A DNA stretch of 52,771 nucleotides, counting the filler, from Sphacelaria rigidula (taxonomy: Eukaryota), in the NCBI GenBank assembly GCA_964200075.2. It is 3 parts of 3 records of this genome, joined end to end, with 100 filler letters (N's around TTAATTAATTAA, not from the genome) between each part and the next. Parts side by side here need not be neighbours in the genome. Positions count along the whole stretch, not along the records: positions 17,627 to 35,151 come from CAXNAA020001058.1; positions 35,252 to 52,771 come from CAXNAA020001059.1; 1 more part is not named here. One strand, written 5' to 3'. A program made the translations under genes and the position numbers. Positions 24,601-39,393 of the stretch are shown here, one piece after another (position 1 is the first letter of the stretch; every line of letters begins with the position of its first letter). The notes under the pieces were generated by a model. It saw only the letters and a program-made list of their open reading frames with translations, was not told the origin of the DNA and made no database searches.

Positions 24601-27600
24601 GCAAGATTGGGCCAAGAAGTAGACGTATGTCCGCTGTCCTACAGAGTGTGAGGCTATTGTTGCTCAAACAACCGCAGTCCTGGGTAAAGGCATAGCATAC
24701 CCTCCGTCGTCAGGGTCCCTCCGACGGCGTTTGTGATTGGTTGATTCAACTTTTATTATTTTTTATTCCCGCACATGAGCTGATCTGTTACTAATCAGCT
24801 GTGATTACAATGTTTTTTTTTCTGCGTTGTTTTAGTCCGTTCTTTCACTCTCCCCTCCCTCGGGCCGGATCCGTGAGGTCTTGAGTCAAGCAATCCACTT
24901 ATCTCTACCCCGGTAGTGTCTCATTAGGAGTAGGAACGGTGCTCCGTTTCGAAAGGGATGCATGGTCGATTGTCAAATGAGTACGCCTTCTCCCCCCGGG
25001 GACACACGCCTTGCGTTTTTGTGTCGCGGGTCAGATCAGCAACTGCCGTACCGATTTGACATATATATATATATATATATATTGCTACTCCCTTGCTCAC
25101 TTTTTTCGAAGGACGGAAATCAGATGCCTCGTCTCTGAAAAACAATGAACTTGATCGAAAATACGCATCTGCCGGGATACGGACTCGCGATCTTCAGTCG
25201 GAACTGGTTACAGTTGTACCGGTTGAACTACCGAGGTGTGGCGAGTCACCCAGGGTAAACGGTCGGGAATCCTCCCTGAAGAATCCTCTCAAGAAGGGGT
25301 ATTGAAGGAAGACAAGCTCAAGAGAGAGCAGGCTGAATGAATGAATATACAGAGGAAGAACAAGGAACGGGGAAGAAAGATGAAGAAGAGAGGATAGAAA
25401 ATGGGGGGGGGGGGGGGGCTACAAATAGCCTGAAGATCTCAAGATCTCGCACGGAGCACGAGGGGAAGTCCGCGACGGGGTTTTTCTGCCGCATGGCTCT
25501 TGGGCAATGAGGTCGTGCGACCACAAACCCGAAATAAGAAGGGGGAGGGGGACAGGAGAGCGAGAGAGAGGAGAGCGAAGCAGACGTGGGATAAAATAGG
25601 GAGGAGAAAAACAGCATGGAAGAGGAAGCACAGTTATTATTATGCAACATCGCCGAAGTTGCAAACAAATAAAGACGGCAATATCAGTTTCCACGCCACC
25701 CGTGCCCCCCTGCCCCCTTCGTCGCTGGTAAGACCACTTGTTGTGAACCGAAAAACGAATCTCCCGGAAAAGTCCCTTTTTGGCCCTCCTGCGACGCTTC
25801 CAAGGGCTGGACAAATAATGATTCGTCTGGAAATTACTTGGTTTTGGTATCACTGATTCGACTCGTGAGGAATCAATCCCTAGGCTTTGTTTACAGCGTT
25901 GCAACCCAGGTACACGCAGCCTAGACACGTGGAGTGGCGCAAAAGTTGCGTGGATACCCCTTGGACCAGCGATTAACTTGTTTCTCCCTTTTGGGCAAAT
26001 AGGCCGAAGAAATCATGGATTTGGTGATGCTTAGTCGTGATGATTCGTCCTTACCGTGGACGCTTCATGCCCGAGAAGAGAAGGGGGGCCATGTGGGTGC
26101 TGATACTACGAAATGACTTTCTATCCCCTCTCCGAGACGCCTCCGGGGCGCGGTTCCCGGGTACCTTCGAACTTTCTCGGAAGCATGATGTTTCGGGTTT
26201 AGTATATTTCGGCATTTGTTTCTCTCAGTCCTCTCCTTTTGCTTGTTTTTTCAAATATTACAATTTTCACTCTTCTTTTTTCCTCACTAAATCTTTCCGT
26301 TTTGCTCACCTCGGGTACATCCATCTTGCGACTTCCACTGGGTCTCTCGGGGATTAGTTGAGGTAGTGCGGCAATTAATCGATGGCAATTTTATCGGCCG
26401 GGCTAGTTACTGTTGTAGCAATTTTTCGGACCAACAGTTCAAGTTTTGATTGAATCTTCGTTGTTATTTCTGTTTCTGTTTCTGTTTCTGTTTTGTTTTG
26501 TTTTGTCCTCTTTTCGAAACATTTCCGCGCACTTGACGGCGTTTTTTTTTTCCCCCGTGGGTGGTTGATCTAGGTTGAAAATCCATCAACTTGTTCCGAA
26601 ATCAAGACCTTCGTGCACCCGGAAAAACGCGAGAGTGTGCCGCAATTTTCTCGGAATAGTAGACCTGATCAGATCATTTCCGAGACAGATAAATCCGCGT
26701 AGCAAGTCCTGTTTACGCTCGAAAAATGTTGCGGAAGAGGGGAGTAAAAAAAGGATACTTGTCCGAGAGGGATAATTCGTGCGCACCATCAAACTAAGTT
26801 CGTTGACTGCGTTTGTTCTTGTAATTTGGCTGGACTCTGAAAACAAACGATGGAGGACTCTATGTCTTGTAAGGGACAGCAGGGACGGTATTGGAAAGAC
26901 GAGCCTACGTCTGTGACCACGGACTCGAGAGATCGGGGTAATATCCGGAAATTATAGCATTAGTAATGTTGCCGCGCCCCGGTGATGTAATAATATCCGA
27001 CTGTCGTCATTAGGGTGGAGAAAACGGGGGTTCCGTTCCCGATGCGTTGGGTTTTTTCTTCGTAGTGTATGATTTGCACCGTGGAGAGCGTGAGAACGTG
27101 AGTCAACAAAAAGTAGTCTACTGGGTTTGGGTGACGTGAGTTGACGCAGTGCGGGAGTGCTGATCCAATCCACGAGACCAAAATGGAAGGCGCGTACCGG
27201 GAGAGAGATGGGTTGATCCCTTGAGCTCACGGACTCATCCTGCGAGGGAGGGGAGGGGTTCAAAGTATGAGGGGGAAAAAAAATGGAAGACGGCCTGACG
27301 GACAGTGCGGACGGACCACTCACTCTCTAGACCTTCTCCGTCTTGGACCCCCCTCGTGGGTCAATGTTTGCTCTTTGGTGTGCCGATTGCGGCGGTTCTC
27401 GTTTTGACGGCTCTCGACGCAACGACCTCTTGCTGGTGGCTTAAGCCTGATGGATCGATGGAGAGTCGTGGCATCGCTACCCCTCCACGATGGTTGTTAG
27501 AGGAACTCCGCCATTCGATCACTCAGTCAGCGCTCGGGTTTGTTTTCGAACAGGTCAATGTGACATGATCAATCGATCGACCAATCGTCCACGCTACACC

Positions 27601-30600
27601 AACCAATCAATCAGTCAGGCTCCGTGAACTCACGAGTAGTTGCGCGTCCGACCCGTTTTTTTCGAAGCACAAAGTTCGCTACTAAGCTGCAGCCATGGTA
27701 CGTATTTCGTGTATATGTGAGCGGGCAGCCTACGCTACCAAGAGGGATAACGCGAGGCATTTGCTCACCCATGAACTCATCACAAAGCGCGCCTCGATGG
27801 TAAAACTCGTGCACGAAATCGTTGGCCAGTTTTGTGGACGGAGAAGTAGTAGTGGGGTTCGAATCCCAGTGTCGGTGGTTTTGATCATCTTGGCTCCGGT
27901 TGTGGAAAGGGCGAAGAGGTGCGGTCAACAGAAACTAGGAAACATGGTGACGGTAATGGTTTTATTTCATTTTGCTCTCGTATTGTGTGTGTTGTGTGTT
28001 TGTATGTTGGAAAGGGTGAAAAGTGCGATCAACAGAAAATTAAGGAGCGTGGACTGCCTGCGGGAATGCTCATCCAGTGCTCGATAGCAAGTCGTAGAAG
28101 GGGTGTTTGACTACGTTGTTGCTCTAAGGAACTTTCTGAGAATTTGTTTTCGATTCGTGTAACATTATAAAAATAAGAAACAGTGGAGAGCGACCATGTC
28201 GTGGGTACAAGAAATTTGACTCCACGGTCGACAAGGGAACGGACTGCTGAACCCCTCTCGAGATAAGAAATAGAAGGTAAGCACCGCACAAGGAAGGTGG
28301 AGTACCAAAACAACCAAATGGAAAAAGAAGAACTCCCGTGTTGACCTTCCTCCTGTGTGACCCCGGCTGGTGCGCCCACACATACCGAAAGGTGTAGCCC
28401 GGCGTCCAGAATTTACGGGACGACAACACACAACACACACAAACAAGGAGGCAACAAGATGCTTGAAATGCTCTTGAAACCAATTATCAGGGACGTGTCA
28501 CGTTTCTCACCTTGACGACCTGCAGAGACATTGCGTTTTTTTTTCCACAAGCCATTTGTTTGCTCCAGAGGCCGTTCTCGAGTCCTCGGAGCCAAGCGCA
28601 TCTAAAAAATGTTCGATTATGTGCTTGGAAAGAATCGAGCTTTTGTGCAAAAGCGGATAAGAATTTTCCAGGGATGTACACGTTACACGTGCCATAGCGT
28701 TACACGTTACGTTCACATTACGTTTTTGCCGAGACGTAACGTGAGTGTAAAAAATATTTTCCTTGATGAACGTAAGGTTTAATGTTTTTCACGTGACATG
28801 CGTAACGTAACATGAACGTTGAACTGCCCGAACGTTCAAAACACGTAATATGAAACGTTTCATGTAACGTGAAACGTCCATCACACGTTACACGTGTATT
28901 AGATGTTACACGTTACACGAAACGTTTCGAATTACGTTACACGTTACGTGGAACGTCATAAACACGATACATAGAGCGGTGACACTTCAAGCTTGCGATG
29001 AGCTTTGAAATCCTTGAAGATTGTGCTCAAATATAAACCAGTGAGCTTGAGTGACCATGGTGTAGGACATATCATTTCAGCAAGTTCGCGCGCTCCGCGC
29101 CACCTCACACATTATTAGCTGCTATCGTGACAGCATAACATCATACTGTAAAATCATAATCATCTTGACTACACTCATATTGGAGAGATCGGGTGTAACG
29201 TTTACGTGCACCAGTACATGACCCGTTTCCGGGGGGGGAATGGTAGGTCCACATTGAAAGGGTGCCGCAGCAGCCTCCACCCAATCTCAGCCGTTGCCTG
29301 CAGCTGCAGCATCTGATGAAGGACTGGCCTGCCCCGTGGCCAATGACTTGCAGTGTGCAGTGAACATGCATGTAGTGGGCGGAGAAAAAGAAGCGGTATA
29401 TAGGCGGTTGATCTCGGTGGCTGAGAATTATCTAGAACGTGCGAGGGGATATGCAGCGGCAGCTGCTGCTGCAGTCGGAGAGGCGTACTGCACTGTACTG
29501 TACTATACTGTGCATGCGCGCCGCAACGCTGATACCCTTCGGAGAGAACTTGCCGCATGCAACAAAGAGGGAAATGGCGGCCCACCCCGACCACGAAGGG
29601 CTATGTGGCAAGGTGGTGGGGACAAAAATATCATCCGAAGTCACAAGTGGCGGGCGGCCCGCCGGTCGCCTCATCCTGTCGGAAGCTATCTACCGCGATC
29701 CATACTGCTTGCTACATCAGATGTACATTACCTACTGTAATGCGCACCCTGCACCTGAAAATATTCTGGATGAAACGTTCGTTCTTCGTCATAACCCTGC
29801 GGTTACATGTGCGGTTTTTTCAGCAACACGCCACTGTTTCGTGCAGACGCCAGATGACACGGGATTTCACGAATTGGGGGTGGGTCTTGTATTGGGGATA
29901 AAAAAACCGGAGAATTAAAATCTTCGTATCCACACTAAGTCTTCGAAGTATGCTTCCATTTTCTCAGTTTCTGGTAGCTGTTGACAACTACTGCACGCCA
30001 TACAAATTTGGATTCCGATAACCGAAATGTCGGGGTCCTAGGTGAAGAACTATTTTTGGGAATTTTGGGTGTCCAAGCGGACGCCAAAAATGGTTTTTCA
30101 CCTTGGACCCCGACATTTCGGTTATCGGAATCAAATTTGTATGGCGTGTAGTAGTACCCAGACGAGGTCGTCTTGTACGAGGTCTGCAATCAGCGGGTTA
30201 GCGGGGATACACACCGTGACGACCCTGCATCGAGCTGGCTCGCCCTCCACGTTAGGATGGCGGTAGGATTGCCGCGTGCTACAATCCAACAAATCGACAC
30301 CTTGGACAAACAGGTGGATGTCGCCCACCTGGTTGTCCAAGGTGTCGATTTGTTGGATTGTAGCACGCGGCAATCCTACCGCCATCCCACCGTCGAGGGT
30401 GAGCCACCCCGACGCAGGGTCGTCACTGTTTGTATCCCCGCTGATCGCAGGCCTGGTACAGGACGACCTCGTCTGGGAGGCAGGCGTGGAAGCGGGCGCA
30501 GCGGCCTTTGTTTTTCATTGCCGCCCGCTCTCACCGAAGCTTCTCCTGACGACGGCATGTCGGTCAGAGCCGTGACGTGTAGCTACAAATGAAACCCTTA

Positions 30601-31907
30601 AGAAAACACTCGGGACGCACGAGCTACGGCAGCGGTTCGAGATGGTGCATCTTGAAAGTAGGGTATGTATGCTCCTCTTTGTAAGGCGATGCACAGTGTG
30701 CAAGATGTGTGATGGCGATTTCCTCTGTTTGGGGGGTCAAAAGCCGTGTCAAATGTTCCGAACATGAATAATATGACCCCAAAATAAGAACCGTAAGGCC
30801 ACTTCTTGTGTGTAATATGTACATTGTTGAAAACTGCCTGTGTGACCCTTTTCTGTCGTTTTTCGCCCGAAGAGGGGGGTAGTCGGATGTGGACACCTTG
30901 CAATAACCTGCTTTTATCGTTGAGACCGTTCCAGGGCACCCTCGCGATATTGTCATAACTCGACATCTTGTTATTGGAATGCAAGGTTGGCGAAAAACTG
31001 AGGCCACCGGAAAGGTAGGGATGCCCTGGAACGGTCTCAACGATAAAAGCAAGTCATTCCACGGTGTCAACATCCACCTCGCCCGCTGTTCGGGCGTCAA
31101 ACGACGGAGAAGGGCGAAAAAGGCAGTTTCCAACAGTTTTGGTCAAAATTGAAGACCCGAAAGCGCGCTTTGTCCGAGCCTCGGAGGCTGCGTCTGCGGG
31201 TCACCCTTGGGTACTCAATCGCCTTCGTCATCTAGCGTGGTTGTCTAAGCCGTCTCCTCGCCAGCGTGTTTTCGGAGATGACGACTATCGAACGTACTTG
31301 TAGAACGCGGTGGATGCGGCTTCCGCGTGATCAGCTTCCTGGACTCTGGAACTCATCACCCGGAGATGGCACTCACGGGGGTAGAGAATGACATGACACA
31401 TACAAGAGTCACAATACCTTAGAAAATGTACTGGTATGATGTATATGTAGTCGGAAGGCCATCACCAGGAATGTGGAGTCAGGGGGTGTTATACCATGTG
31501 TGGGAGATTCAGGGGGTCATTGCAATACGGTACTAAGTACGTGTCACCCGGGAGGGACTACACTCCGTACGAGTGACTCAGGGGTGCTTCAGGCGTGTCA
31601 TACGACGTACGGGTATTTGGGGGTGTAATCTTACGGGTAATTAAGGGGGTGTCATACTCCGTATCGATGATTTTGGCGCTGTAATACAATGTACGGGTGA
31701 CTTGACGGCGGTATTGTACCACCTACGCTTCATGTACACCGTACTCTACAGTATATCATCACCACAACTTAGAGGCTGCTCTGTCGCGTCCCCGTTGCGC
31801 GTCGCTGCACGCTCCAATCTCAGGACCTGTACTTCACTGCGGTGAAGCTCATCAAGCAGAAATATAATGCGAATGCCACCGACGAAGGGCTAGCCTTGCT
31901 AAAGGAG
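18671..31907 (+). CDS. Hypothetical protein with a long low-complexity (G/S/R/A/T) N-terminus; partial model with exons 18671-20197, 21174-21229, 24545-24683, 31824-31907; 3' end not found
   Basis: 509-codon first exon ends AAG|gtgaga. Then tttacag|AGPPKKRTFLQPALTEDLR|gcgagt (GC donor, phase 2); tgtag|ALFMRLVGG...LKQPQSW|gtaaag; ctcag|DLYFTAVKLIKQKYNANATDEGLALLKE|gtgagc. Phases are compatible, but linkage of exons 3 and 4 is inferred. Confidence 0.6.
23320..23395 (+). repeat. Diverged relative of short repeat family C
   Basis: gctccgtctcgaaagggatgcgtggtcaa...aaatgagtacgcccc matches 24940-24990 and family C (gctccgt...gggatgcgaggtcaa...atgagtac). Confidence 0.6.
23893..23965 (-). repeat. Short dispersed repeat family C (partial copy)
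   Basis: gtactcatgatcatgcatgccata is the reverse complement of the family C core tatggcatgcatgatcatgagtac; flanked by G-rich tracts. Confidence 0.7.
24845..25243 (-). mobile_element. Chimeric tRNA-headed SINE
   Basis: Minus-strand head cctcggTAGTTCAACCGGtacaac...gcGAGTCCGTATCCcgg (A/B-box-like). Body shares gctgatctgacccgcgacacaaaa and ccggggtagagat...cacggatccggcccgagggagggg with family A, and carries a family-C-like segment. Confidence 0.6.
26971..27270 (+). mobile_element. tRNA-derived SINE family A, copy 1
   Basis: Head gccgcgccccggtgatgtaat...actgtcgtcattagggtggag...gggttccgttcccgatgcgttggg; colinear with the 38204 and 40127 copies. Confidence 0.8.
28180..28444 (+). mobile_element. 5'-truncated SINE family B copy
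   Basis: Colinear with the reverse complement of 35883-36150 (gtggagagcgac..gtcgtgggtaca..cacggtcgac..ggactgctgaa..gcaccgca..ggaaggtgga); AC-rich tail. Confidence 0.8.
28669..28960. repeat. ACGT/GTTACAC-rich degenerate array, probably the subterminal region of a non-autonomous DNA transposon
   Basis: Dense gttacac/acgtaac motifs in both orientations, starting at cagggatgtac; no matching right TIR seen. Confidence 0.6.
29343..29854 (-). repeat. About 510-bp dispersed repeat, copy 2
   Basis: Reverse complement of 9810-10320. Confidence 0.9.
29987..30155. mobile_element. MITE / foldback element with about 60-bp TIRs
   Basis: 29987-30046 (actactgcacgccatacaaatttggattccgataaccgaaatgtcggggtcctaggtgaa) is the near-perfect reverse complement of 30097-30155. 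Confidence 0.85.
30157..30477. repeat. 321-bp palindrome / long hairpin, candidate small-RNA precursor
   Basis: Arms 30157-30317 and 30325-30477 with a 7-nt loop atgtcgc; inner 63 bp have a single mismatch. Confidence 0.92.
30885..31075. repeat. Inverted repeat with about 58-bp arms
   Basis: Perfect 30-bp core tgcttttatcgttgagaccgttccagggca / tgccctggaacggtctcaacgataaaagca. Confidence 0.88.
31470..31725. repeat. Degenerate tandem repeat of about 30 bp
   Basis: Recurring units resembling GGGTGATTYAGGGGGTGTCATACNNYGTAC (e.g. gggtatttgggggtgtaatcttac, gggtaattaagggggtgtcatactccgtatc, gatgattttggcgctgtaatacaatgtac). Confidence 0.6.
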
Positions 31908-32391
31908 GTGAGCCAGACATTCTACGCCGAGCTACCAGGAAACGTTCGGGAACCCGTCAGAGCCGATTCACGAGGTTCCAGCGGTCGATCCCATTGTTGC
32001 GGGGAATACTTCCAGAGACATTTTCCGCGCTGCCCGATTCGGCAGTACGGTTTTTCTCGCATGTTCTGGAATATCCCGTCCTGATATGTTTGTTAACATC
32101 GAAGAGGTTTTGAATATGTGTGCACTCAAAGATTGAATGTATACATATCCCCGCTCGTGTTGGAAGAAGTGGATGGGGAGTTTGAGATGACTTGGGCCGA
32201 AGAGAAACACTTCGTGTGTTCTATAACCAACCCAGTGCTTTGATCCAGTTTGCGCAGTCGTTTTGATGCTAACGATGAAAACATACATACACACAAACAC
32301 ACAAGAGGAAAGTTTTTTATTTTATTTCAACAATTGCTCCGAAACGTAACATTATTGCCCTGTCGGTTGATTCGATTACTTCATTATTCAT

Positions 32392-32392
<1 letters not shown>

Positions 32393-32432
<40 letters not shown>
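32393..32432. repeat. (TTG)n microsatellite
   Basis: About 13 perfect TTG units. Confidence 0.97.
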
Positions 32433-35061
32433 CATTGGTATTTCCGAGCATTAGTCTGATCTCTCGCACCCGTCGTCACAGACGTCTTCTGCTACCACGA
32501 TAAAATATTTTCGAGACTGCAGAAAAAAAGTAGGATCAGGGACAGACGCCGTGCTATTTAATATTCGTCGCACCCACGCATCATTCGCTGGTATGACCCA
32601 CACGCGAAAAATGTATATTTGTTTTTGTCCATGTACAGGCGCTTGAGCTCGACCCGTTCGACGGACATTCTTGGCTGCTGCTCGCGCGCACGCTCGATTG
32701 GAAAGGGGAGTCGAACGACGCACGAGATGCCTTCCAGGCGGTAGGTTCCAAGGAGGCTGTGAATCCTTTTGGTACCGGCAATGCAAAAGTGCTGATCCCG
32801 AGGTGCTGTTTTTTGAACAACACATGGCTGATTGTTCGCAGCTTTCAAGGACCACTATTTTGCCCATGGTGTGTTTTTCAGACCCGCAACCGCCTATAGC
32901 TGGCGGTGAATCGCGTAAATACTGTATCGCACTTGAATCCTTTCACGTGTGGTGAGGGCATTTCTGTGTGCTGTGCTCGGCCATGCTGCTTTGTTTCCGT
33001 AATGTGCCTCAGCACGCCTGCCTAGTGTTGGGTGGGTACAACCTCCGGACTGCAGGACAACAATACTCCGATGGGGTGCGCCACCTTTATCAATGTAAAT
33101 ATTTGCCGCAGTGCCACACGGGACTACATATATAGAACATATACAACGTGGTGCTGACTTTTGTTGTATGAAATTCAGAGACCGCGGTGCTGGTTTTTGC
33201 TGTGTGCACAAAGTTGAACGTATTTGACCCGTTGCGTCCCCTCATTCGATGAAAATAACCCGACCGCACCGGGGCGACATTGTTGGTACGTGCATGACGC
33301 ATTTCGGTGGATTCTTCTGTGGCCTTCCGCCGTGAAAATGGCTGTTGTCAGTATTTTTTCCTTCCCATCTTTTCTTCTTCGTCAGCGCTTGAAATAATGA
33401 GGCGTCTGGACCGGGGACGGGAGCGGAGGGTTCCGAACATGGTCAATAGTTTACCGGCGCTAGGCTACAAACAAATGTCCATGGTTGACGAAATTTTACC
33501 AAGTATCCCTACCCCTAACCCTTACCCCAACCCAAGGCATACCGAGAACCCTCTGGCAAGGACGGTATAAACATCTCCTTGGCAAAGTGCGGCCTCCGTA
33601 CACCCGAAATCGGCGTCTGTGGCGCCGATATCAACGGGAACGCGCTCTGCGCGCGCGAGGAGCACACGGGACTGCCACCCTTGCCAAAGATCCGATTCTC
33701 ATTGTTCAAACTCAAATCAAGTAATGTCAACCATGAAAATTTGTAGCCCAACTCCGGTAAACTCTTCTGAATCCAAGGGTAGGGTGAACCATCCCTGCTT
33801 CGAATATAAAACCACCTGCAGTTTCTGAGGCCTGGTTAAAGCTGTTGCTCGTGTTGTTGTGGTTGTTGTTGTGCCAATCTTTCACCGCGGATTTCTCAGC
33901 AACAAAGCAGGCGATTGGACAGGTTTCTCGCGCAAGCTTGCCACACCCCCAGATTAGGGAACCATGAGATGAATTTCCTTGACGCATCCCACAAACGCTG
34001 CACCAAAGCAAAATGTACTCGAAAGGGTTGTTTTTCGTGCTTTCGGGGGCTTGTGGGTCCGGCGTAGCGATCTGAACACTTTTATCTTGTCATTCCCTTG
34101 CTAATGTATGTGCGGGGGACTGTAAAGTGCCACAGGCCGACTTGCTGCCTGTGCCGAGAAAAGCGCGATGAAAGTGCTGTAGTTGTGTACTAAAACCAAG
34201 TTAATTAGGGACGAAGCGTGTATCCTACTCGGAAAAGCTCGAACAGCTGATGACGTGCTCATTATTCCTTTGCATTTTTTTTTTTTGCCCCCATGTTTTT
34301 TATAGTCGATATGGCCCCCATTCATCCCCTTAACTGTGCCGCACGTTGAATGAATGTGCTGTGTTGTCACTCGACACCTCTCGGTATATGCGGGAGCATT
34401 AGTCGTGGTCACGTGGGAGATTTTTTACCTTTTATTTTGTTTCTAGTCACCAGCTTTGCACGGTCCGTTTTCAAGGATTTGGAGCTTAAATTGTGACATT
34501 AGATTTATGCCATCAAGACGCAGAAACTGACCGCCGTTGCCAAAAAAAAAAGAAGTATAGTATGGCAATTTTTGGATCCTGAAAACAAAAAATGTCAGAA
34601 TTCTACAAATATACGTGTATAATATAAAGATTGGCTACGGCTGTCACATTTCACGTATCGACGTGTAGAACGTACGTGTGAATTTTCGGCTCAAACCTCC
34701 TGACATGGGGCCGTGCATTTCATCATGCCTAACAGTGGGAAGTGACCACGCCGTGGGTACACGAAATTAGACTTGACGGTCGACGAGGGGAAGGGATCAC
34801 CAAACTCTTCTCGCGTTCGAAAGGAAGGCAAGCACCCTTGAAGTGCATATACAGGAGTAAAGGTATATGAATAACGTCCTCATTTACCCTTTTTTTACTA
34901 TTATTGCCGTTAGCATTCGAATCCCTACCCCCCCCCTCCCATTTTCCGAATGCAAGATATTCAGTACGCTTCGGGCCAAACATGTTTAGCAGGATGCAGC
35001 TCACCATTCATCCAACTCGTTCAAAAATCACGGCGCTTCGCGCTTGGTGACTGATCGCGAG

Positions 35062-35320
35062 CCTGGTGCGGCGAAAACCCGGCGTGCTCCGCGGATGTGA
35101 GGTCAATGGTCTTATGACTACGGCATGCAAGATCATGAGTCCCATCCCCCCNNNNNNNNNNNNNNNNNNNNNNNNNNNNNNNNNNNNNNNNNNNNTTAAT
35201 TAATTAANNNNNNNNNNNNNNNNNNNNNNNNNNNNNNNNNNNNNNNNNNNNATTGTAGGGATGCGAGGTCAATGGTCTGATGACTATGGCATGCATGCTC
35301 ATGAGTACACCCCCCTCTCC
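35062..35320 (+). repeat. Family C repeat on both sides of the second gap
   Basis: ggcgaaaacccggcgtgctccg...gaggtcaatggtc..atgactayggcatgca.gatcatgagt occurs before the gap (35062-35151) and its 3' part after the gap (35252-35320). Confidence 0.85.
35152..35251. other. 100-bp scaffold gap with TTAATTAATTAA linker
   Basis: N44-TTAATTAATTAA-N44. Confidence 0.97.
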
Positions 35321-35611
35321 CGTTTACGCGTAACGTTCCCAGTATATGTTGTTGAGACTGGACCTTCGTTCATGGCGGTAAGTCAAAGCGGAAGTAGTCG
35401 GAAGTGAGAGCTGGGACGATTCCCCAAACGATTCCAGTAGTAGCAACTACAGTCGTATTCTAAGACGTACCAGCATCATCGATCTCGCCCGATGCTTCGC
35501 CAGCAGTGTCTGGCAAGTTGACCTGCTCACTCTGCTTCGCACATATGTAGGGCTGTATATGACCTCTGTTCCCTCGGCTTCCCTCGTGTTGCTATTTTGG
35601 TGAAAGCTCAG

Positions 35612-39393
<3,782 letters not shown>

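Noticed and set aside
27305..27568. 87-aa ORF with a hydrophobic stretch
   Set aside because: Acceptor phase is incompatible with the neighbouring exon, it abuts a SINE, and no homology was recognised.
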